In this document: positions 27,283 to 33,412 of the stretch, one piece after another
Numbering within the stretch: the stretch's first letter is position 1
Layout: each line of letters begins with the position of its first letter
Assembly (NCBI GenBank): GCA_937899155.1
Contig: CALDJM010000010.1
Span: 1-33,412, forward strand
DNA: 33,412 bases
Source: an uncultured bacterium
GTDB taxonomy: Bacteria > Patescibacteriota > Dojkabacteria > SC72
Direction: 5' to 3'
Translations under genes and position numbers: made by a program
Notes under the pieces: generated by a model
Database searches by the model: none
The model's input: only the letters and a program-made list of their open reading frames with translations
Told to the model about the DNA's origin: nothing

Positions 27283-27330
27283 CATTTATCGAAGAAACAG
27301 GGTACAAATTAAATCCTTGCGAGATAAGTG
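27283..27330 (+). promoter_or_regulatory. L10 leader RNA
   Basis: CATTTATC-GAAGA-a-ACAGGG...TAAA-TCCTTG-CGA-GATAAGTG resembles the kink-turn L10 leader, directly upstream of rplJ. Confidence 0.7.
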
Positions 27331-27360
27331 TTAATTCAAATTAATTAAATAAGTAAGAAT

Positions 27361-27882
27361 ATGGCAAAGACTCGTTCTCAAAAAACGGAGTTGCTAGACA
27401 AGTATAAGGATATTTTGAAAAATAAGGCAGGATACCTTTTACTAAACTCCGATAAAATAGATACCTCTACTGTTACAAAGCTAAAGGTACAGCTAAAAGA
27501 TCTTGATGCTAACTATGCTGTTGTTAAGAATAGTATTTTTAAGGTAGCTCTACAGGAAGAAAATCAACCATTAGAGACACAGGATATTGATGGTCCAACA
27601 GCTATTATCTACTTTGATGAAGACCCTACAGGTCCAGCAAAGTTAATTAAAGAAACACAGAAGGAAAGCAAACTTCTCGATGCTAAGGGTGGTGTATTTG
27701 AAGGAGAGTTTCTCTCCGAAGAGAGAGTTATGATGTTAGCAGAGATTCCATCTAAGGAAGTATTGCTTGGAAAGTTACTTGGTAGTATGTCTGCACCAGT
27801 ATCTGGTTTTATGAATGCAGTTACTGGCAATGTTAGAGGTTTAACTATGGTTCTTAAGGGCATTTCTGAAAAGAAGGCTTAA
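27361..27882 (+). CDS. rplJ: 50S ribosomal protein uL10
   Basis: VVKNSIFK.AL, GPTAI, KGGVFEG, LAEIPSKE.LL.KLL. Confidence 0.96.
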   Translation: MAKTRSQKTELLDKYKDILKNKAGYLLLNSDKIDTSTVTKLKVQLKDLDANYAVVKNSIFKVALQEENQPLETQDIDGPTAIIYFDEDPTGPAKLIKETQKESKLLDAKGGVFEGEFLSEERVMMLAEIPSKEVLLGKLLGSMSAPVSGFMNAVTGNVRGLTMVLKGISEKKA

Positions 27883-27917
27883 TTAGAAACAATTATTTAA
27901 TTTAAATATTTACAAAC

Positions 27918-28322
27918 ATGGCAGAGGAAACAAAAACATTACCAGAGCTCTCAGCTGATGGAAAGAAGATTCTTGAAATGGTTGAGAAGATGTCTGTTTT
28001 AGAATTAGCAGACTTGGTAAAGGTTATGGAGGACAAGTTTGGAGTTTCAGCAGCAGCACCTGTTGCAGTAGCAGCAGCACCTGCAGAGGCAGCTCCAGCA
28101 GAGGAAGAGAAATCTATGTTTAACATCGTTCTTAAGGATGGTGGTTCAAACAAGATTGGTGCAATCAAGGTTGTTAGAGAGATTACAGAGCTTGGACTTA
28201 AGGAAGCTAAAGATCTTGTAGATGGTGCACCTCAGGTTGTTAAAGAGGATGTTAAGAAGGAAGATGCAGAAGCTATTAAGGCTAAGTTTGAAGAGATTGG
28301 TGCTACAGTTGAGTTGGAGTAG
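27918..28322 (+). CDS. rplL: 50S ribosomal protein bL12
   Basis: [38 protein letters not shown]. Confidence 0.98.
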   Translation: MAEETKTLPELSADGKKILEMVEKMSVLELADLVKVMEDKFGVSAAAPVAVAAAPAEAAPAEEEKSMFNIVLKDGGSNKIGAIKVVREITELGLKEAKDLVDGAPQVVKEDVKKEDAEAIKAKFEEIGATVELE

Positions 28323-28343
28323 TTTACCAAGATTGGACTCAAG

Positions 28344-28370
28344 AAAGGCCACCGAAAGGTGGTCTTTTTT
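28344..28370 (+). terminator. Rho-independent terminator after rplL
   Basis: AAAGGCCACC-GAAA-GGTGGTCTTT followed by a T run. Confidence 0.9.
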
Positions 28371-28469
28371 ATATGGAGGATTGGGATCAGAACTTGAATT
28401 ACTCAAAACTAGTATATCTCCCTAACAGCAACTTTTGCTTTAGAATACAGTGTAATTACGAATATATAT

Positions 28470-31400
28470 CTATTCTGGCCAATATGTCGAGGCTGATTTG
28501 ACTGCCTCTATCCTATTTCTACCTTCATATGCTCCTGGTCGTGTATTAATCGGAATGGAAACTCCCCACCAAGTATTTCTTGAAATTGGAATTGATGTTA
28601 CCTTGGGTACTCTAAGCTCTACCAAAGTAGGAGTGTCTGTTAAAGGTTTTGAAACAGATGAATCGGTATACGAAGACCCTTGTGATGTACTATATTTCTG
28701 ATGTGACAAACCTATTGGTGTTCCTACTGTACAGGTAGGATAGTCTACACACATACCCATATTCTCTCCTGAGTGATTTTGATTGAGACCTACATTACCT
28801 GTCGCTGTTGTTACAACTATTTTATCTAGCGGATCTGTGGTTTGATTGACTATAAGAGTACCGTAATTTAATGTCTCTGTAACACTAAAAGCGACTAAAG
28901 AGTTCATCTCTACCCCTGAGGATTGTGCTGTACCTGAGACAGTTCCCACCGTTGCCTTCACTGTTGCTAGCCAGTTCTGCGAATCGTACTGTGTCTGCGT
29001 ATCTGTTGGATCTGCATAGTACCAGACACTTGCCGTGCAGGTATAGCTAGCTGTCTTATCTGTTGGGCCTGTACAAGTACCTGTGTTTACACTGCAAGAG
29101 ATTTCTGTGTAGCACTTATTATTGTCAGCATTGGAGGAGGAAGAACAATTTGAATACCCTACTCCTGATCGGTATAGGTATGCTTTGACATCACTTATTG
29201 ATTGGCAACTATTATCTGATGTTACTGTGGCAGTAATATCTACACCTACAGTAGTACTTTCTTCAGGTGTGATGCTTTGTCCACCATTTACTGATACGGA
29301 TGTTACTATGGGAGCTACACTATTTACATTAAAGAAACTGTTAGAACCTTGGGTAGTACCTGTTGCTGCTGCATTATCTCCATCAAAAATATATGCATAT
29401 GCATTGTATGTACCTGCACTAAAAGGAGATGGTACACTGTATGAGCATGATGGATTAGAAGCAACTAAAGAGCTTGTACACCATGTATCTGATGCTCCTC
29501 CACTACATGCTGTACCGGTGACACCCTGTGTTTTACATACTACTAGCTTTACTTGTGAAGAATCAGGATCTGATGCTACTGTACTCCATGTTATATTTGC
29601 ACCCGGATTTACAGGAGAGTTGTTTGATACTGAGGTAAAGGTTGGGGGTTGATTTACAGGCGTTGCCGTTACATTAGAGGTGTATGGTCCTTGCCCTACA
29701 CTGTTTACCGCAGCTACTCTGAAGTAGTATTGCTGTCCATTGGTTAGGCCTGTTACTGTTGCTGATGTACTTGTTGATACTCCATCATCAAAGGTTGTCC
29801 ATGTACTACCATTTGTGCTGTGTTGGATAACATAGTCGGTAATAGAGGCTCCTCCGTTTGAGCTAGGAACTGTCCAATTTAATGTTACTTGTTTATTCCC
29901 TGCTGTTGCTGTTAGGTTTAGAGGTTCTGTCGGTGCCGATTGTACTGTTATATTATATGTTGCATACTGTCCATCTGGGTTTGTTAATTTAACAGCTAAA
30001 ATACCTGTTGTAGAAAGAGCTGGTGTTACAGCACTCATAGAGGTTGTGGAGGTGTATGTTGTACTTGTTGCTGGAGTACTTCCAAACTCTATGGTTGGTA
30101 TTTCTTTTTTTAGAATATAGCTAGGGGCTGGTCTATCTGTAGTTTCCATATTACCTAATCGACCATTACCGTTATATCCCCAACAGTAACCATGACCATC
30201 ACTACCTATACCACAAGTGTGACTATTACCCGCACTGAAAATACGAAGGGCAATACCACTAGGAATTGCGCCACTACTTACTTGAACGGGGACAGTAGAC
30301 TGAGTTGTACTACCATTACCTAATTGACCATTACTGTTATTACCCCAACAGTAACCTTTCCCATCACTACCTATACCACAAGTGTGATAATAACCTGTAC
30401 TCACATAACTAAAACTTCCCACCAGAATTGGTGTTGTTCTTTGAGTTGTAGTTCCATCTCCAAGTTGACCATTAGAATTTAAACCCCAACAATATACATT
30501 TTTTCTTAGAACCATTCCTGAAAGAGATTCTACTGTTGCACAGGTATGACTACTGCCCGTACTAATATTTAAAAATGTTCCCCCTGAAGGTATTGCTCCC
30601 TGGCTGACTGACACTGGTGTGGTTGCCTGTGTAGTACTTCCATTACCTAATTGACCGTAGTAGTTATATCCCCAACAGTAACCTTTATCATTACTACCTA
30701 TGGCACAGGTATGATTATCACCAGCACTTATACTCTTTAATGTGACACCTGCTGGTATTGCTCCCTGACTGACTGCTACTGGTGTCGTTGATTGGGTTGT
30801 ACTACCATTACCTAATTGACCGTAGTAGTTATATCCCCAACAGTAACCTTTACCATTACTCCCAATTGCACATGTATGATTAAAACCTGTACTTATACTT
30901 TGCAGTGTCACACCTGCTGGCATTGCTCCCTGACTAACTGCAACTGGTGTGGTTGCCTGTGTAGTACTTCCATTACCTAATTGACCGTAGTAGTTATATC
31001 CCCAACAGTAACCTTTACTATTACTCCCAATGGCACAAGTATGACTACCACCTGCACTTATACTACTAAGTGTCACACCTGCTGGTATTGCTCCCTGACT
31101 GACTACTACTGGTATGCTTGAGTTACTAGTACCACCATTACCAAGCCTTCCAGAAGCACCTTGCCCCCAACAGTAACCCTGACCTACAGAATCTATACCA
31201 CAAGAATGGGTATTCCCTAAACTTATACTTACAAAATTATCAAAAACTTTATAATCCAAAAAATTAGATCCAGATATATTAACCGTTTCTCCTCCTGTTT
31301 GATTTATAGAATTAGGAACAATACTAGAAATAGTTGGAGCTGGTAGGTTATTATATGTAAAGTTTCTACTATTTGATGTTGTATTATCAGATAATCTTTT

Positions 31401-33412
31401 TATAGTAACAGGAAATGTACCTGGTACATGTGCTGGAATAGGGTCTACTGTAATACTCGTAGTACCCTGAGATAACATTTTTATAAGAGAGTTATTACCT
31501 ATGTTTATAGAGTATTCACTCTCGTTTATATTTGTTACTTGAGCAGGTACTGTTGATTGAGTATTACTACTGTTTCCTAATTGACCGTAGACATTATATC
31601 CCCAACAGTAGCCAGTACTGTCGTTACCTAATGTGCAAGTATGGTTCTGACCTGTACTTACACTGTTCAAACTCACATCAGAAGCTACTGCTCCCTGACT
31701 TACTGCTACTGGTGTACTTGAGTTGCCAGTACCACCATTACCCAGCTTTCCAAAAGAACCTTGCCCCCAACAGTATGCTTTGTAGTTACTCCCTATACCA
31801 CAGGCATGATGATAACTACCTGCACTTACACTTCTAAATGTCACTCCAGAAGGCACTGCCCCCTGACTTACTGCAACGGGAGCATTAGATGGTGTTGTTG
31901 TTCCATTTCCTAATTCACCATAAGTATTACTTCCCCAACAGTATATCTTTAGATTGCTACCTAAACCACATGTATATGTGTTACCAGCTGTTATACTCTC
32001 TAGATCAATTCCACTTGGTATAGCTCCTTGAGCAACATCTACAGGTGTAGTATAATTTCCATTTCCTAGTGGAGTTCCTCTTCCCAACTGTTTGTTACCA
32101 TCATCCCCCCAACAGTATGCTTTAACAGAACTTGCCATTATGATAGGACCTGTACCACCACTCATATTTCCTGAATCTAGGACACAAGCATGCTTATTCC
32201 CTGTAGTCAGACTTGTCAAAGCTGTTAGAGTCGTAGGTATCGTACCTAAGCTAACTTGTACTGGCGTATTTGAATTAGTTGTAGAACCATTACCTAGCTG
32301 ACCCTTATCGTTTTGTCCCCAACAATATATACCAGTAACAGAAGCAGAGCTTCTAGAACCAGTAGCACAGGAGAAGTTTTCCCCAAGACTTATACTACCA
32401 CCATAGCTTGTAGTCCCTTGACTGACAGCAACAGGAGTTGTTGATTCAGTATTACTACCATTACCTAACTGACCGTAAGTATTAAGACCCCAACAGTATG
32501 CTTTACCATTATCACCAATTGCACAAGTATGATACATACCTGTACCTATTGCTGTAAATTTTACCCCAGAAGGAACTACTCCCTGACGAATAGCAACAGG
32601 TTTTGTTGATTCAGTATTACTATCATTACCTAACTGACCGTAGTTATTATATCCCCAACAATATACCCAACCATCTGTTTTAATACCACATGTATGACCA
32701 TATCCACTACTAATCTTAGTAAATGTATCTTTATCAATAATATTAGAAACATTAATTGTCATACTACCACCACCTAAGAAAGAACCACTTGTTGGAGAGA
32801 TGCTTGTAATTGTAGGTGTTGGAAGTGCCATTAACTGCCCACCACTTCTCAAACCAATATCATTAAGCAAACTCTTTAATTGCAAAACCTCACCTTCTTC
32901 CCATACAACATCTATACTCAAATCAGATTCAACCTTACTACAAACCCCTGTTTTACTATCAAACTCTTTACAAACACCATCTTTTATTACAAATTCCTTA
33001 ACAAAACTACCCTCCTTACTACACTCAGCTGCCTTATTACCACTACCAAAACAAACCTCTTGAGTTTCAGAACACTTACCTCCTTCACCTGGGTTATACC
33101 CCACCTTATACAAAGATGGATAACAAGCCTTCTTGTTCTCTCCACAAACATCCCCCTTACAATCCTTACTCTCACAACTCAATTCAACCTCTTTACACTC
33201 ATTTTTCTCTTCTTGATATCCTTCTTTACAAGGATTACACTCAACACACTCCCCTCTATCACAACACAACTTCTCTGTTTTCACTCCAACATCACCCTCT
33301 GCCTCCTCTTTCTTACCCTCACAAACAAATTCATTCTCCAAACACTCTTCCCTAGCAACACATCCCGCTGTACCAACATCACCACAACTGAAAGCTTCCA
33401 AAACAGACATAG
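28470..33412 (-). CDS. Giant surface protein: Cys-rich N-region, two RCC1-repeat propellers within IPT/TIG domains, FN3, C-terminal beta domains (5' end probably outside the window)
   Basis: >=1646 aa; many 'isxG..HTC.....G..YCWG.N..GQLGNG' RCC1 repeats; PTI.SI.P IPT starts; APTEP.NLTATAGN..V.L.W...YYFRVAAVN FN3; no signal peptide at the first in-window Met. Confidence 0.9.
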   Translation of the reverse strand, partial: MSVLEAFSCGDVGTAGCVAREECLENEFVCEGKKEEAEGDVGVKTEKLCCDRGECVECNPCKEGYQEEKNECKEVELSCESKDCKGDVCGENKKACYPSLYKVGYNPGEGGKCSETQEVCFGSGNKAAECSKEGSFVKEFVIKDGVCKEFDSKTGVCSKVESDLSIDVVWEEGEVLQLKSLLNDIGLRSGGQLMALPTPTITSISPTSGSFLGGGSMTINVSNIIDKDTFTKISSGYGHTCGIKTDGWVYCWGYNNYGQLGNDSNTESTKPVAIRQGVVPSGVKFTAIGTGMYHTCAIGDNGKAYCWGLNTYGQLGNGSNTESTTPVAVSQGTTSYGGSISLGENFSCATGSRSSASVTGIYCWGQNDKGQLGNGSTTNSNTPVQVSLGTIPTTLTALTSLTTGNKHACVLDSGNMSGGTGPIIMASSVKAYCWGDDGNKQLGRGTPLGNGNYTTPVDVAQGAIPSGIDLESITAGNTYTCGLGSNLKIYCWGSNTYGELGNGTTTPSNAPVAVSQGAVPSGVTFRSVSAGSYHHACGIGSNYKAYCWGQGSFGKLGNGGTGNSSTPVAVSQGAVASDVSLNSVSTGQNHTCTLGNDSTGYCWGYNVYGQLGNSSNTQSTVPAQVTNINESEYSINIGNNSLIKMLSQGTTSITVDPIPAHVPGTFPVTIKRLSDNTTSNSRNFTYNNLPAPTISSIVPNSINQTGGETVNISGSNFLDYKVFDNFVSISLGNTHSCGIDSVGQGYCWGQGASGRLGNGGTSNSSIPVVVSQGAIPAGVTLSSISAGGSHTCAIGSNSKGYCWGYNYYGQLGNGSTTQATTPVAVSQGAMPAGVTLQSISTGFNHTCAIGSNGKGYCWGYNYYGQLGNGSTTQSTTPVAVSQGAIPAGVTLKSISAGDNHTCAIGSNDKGYCWGYNYYGQLGNGSTTQATTPVSVSQGAIPSGGTFLNISTGSSHTCATVESLSGMVLRKNVYCWGLNSNGQLGDGTTTQRTTPILVGSFSYVSTGYYHTCGIGSDGKGYCWGNNSNGQLGNGSTTQSTVPVQVSSGAIPSGIALRIFSAGNSHTCGIGSDGHGYCWGYNGNGRLGNMETTDRPAPSYILKKEIPTIEFGSTPATSTTYTSTTSMSAVTPALSTTGILAVKLTNPDGQYATYNITVQSAPTEPLNLTATAGNKQVTLNWTVPSSNGGASITDYVIQHSTNGSTWTTFDDGVSTSTSATVTGLTNGQQYYFRVAAVNSVGQGPYTSNVTATPVNQPPTFTSVSNNSPVNPGANITWSTVASDPDSSQVKLVVCKTQGVTGTACSGGASDTWCTSSLVASNPSCSYSVPSPFSAGTYNAYAYIFDGDNAAATGTTQGSNSFFNVNSVAPIVTSVSVNGGQSITPEESTTVGVDITATVTSDNSCQSISDVKAYLYRSGVGYSNCSSSSNADNNKCYTEISCSVNTGTCTGPTDKTASYTCTASVWYYADPTDTQTQYDSQNWLATVKATVGTVSGTAQSSGVEMNSLVAFSVTETLNYGTLIVNQTTDPLDKIVVTTATGNVGLNQNHSGENMGMCVDYPTCTVGTPIGLSHQKYSTSQGSSYTDSSVSKPLTDTPTLVELRVPKVTSIPISRNTWWGVSIPINTRPGAYEGRNRIEAVKSASTYWPE
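30613..31017 (-). repeat. Near-identical RCC1 repeat units (165-bp period; 75-bp exact copies)
   Basis: 30613-30687 is identical to 30943-31017; the middle unit shares a 48-bp exact core at 30805-30852. Confidence 0.9.

Noticed and set aside
30100-32720. CRISPR array or DGR template/variable repeats
   Set aside because: Repeats are in-frame RCC1 units without unique spacers or adenine-specific differences; no cas or reverse transcriptase gene in the window.
685-33355. Remaining short antisense or alternate-frame ORFs in the track
   Set aside because: They overlap well-supported genes on the opposite strand or frame and show no recognisable motifs.
32831-33412. Separate gene or start at MALPTPT (32831)
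   Set aside because: The frame is continuous with no stop and neither Met is followed by a signal peptide, so the true start is probably beyond the window.

Overview
AT-rich bacterial chromosome segment, most consistent with a Patescibacteria/CPR organism (inferred from streamlined operons, large Cys-rich surface proteins and the insertion-bearing bL28; possibly Dojkabacteria). The left part (minus strand) carries rpmB, mreBCD-mrdA, a secreted protein, dprA-topA-radC and rpsB-tsf-frr-rseP, followed by at least three tandem surface-protein paralogs. The right part (plus strand) carries an M50 protease, a 6S-like ncRNA, tRNA-Thr/Tyr/Thr/Trp, rpmG-secE-nusG-rplK-rplA and rplJ-rplL interrupted by accessory genes, then a >=1646-aa RCC1/IPT/FN3 surface protein on the minus strand. 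Most notable observations: (1) an identical 21-bp palindrome-cored element at the -35 position of apparently leaderless promoters of both radC and dprA (candidate competence/DNA-processing regulon); (2) a family of Cys-rich surface proteins with a conserved N-terminal anchor and PxT(G/S)-TM-basic C-termini; (3) uS2 fused to an RNAP alpha-CTD-like domain and EF-Ts with a duplicated N-domain; (4) no TGA stop among 31 genes; (5) a miniature 6S-like RNA and twin compensated GC-rich palindromes. All calls are by eye; no database searches were run.
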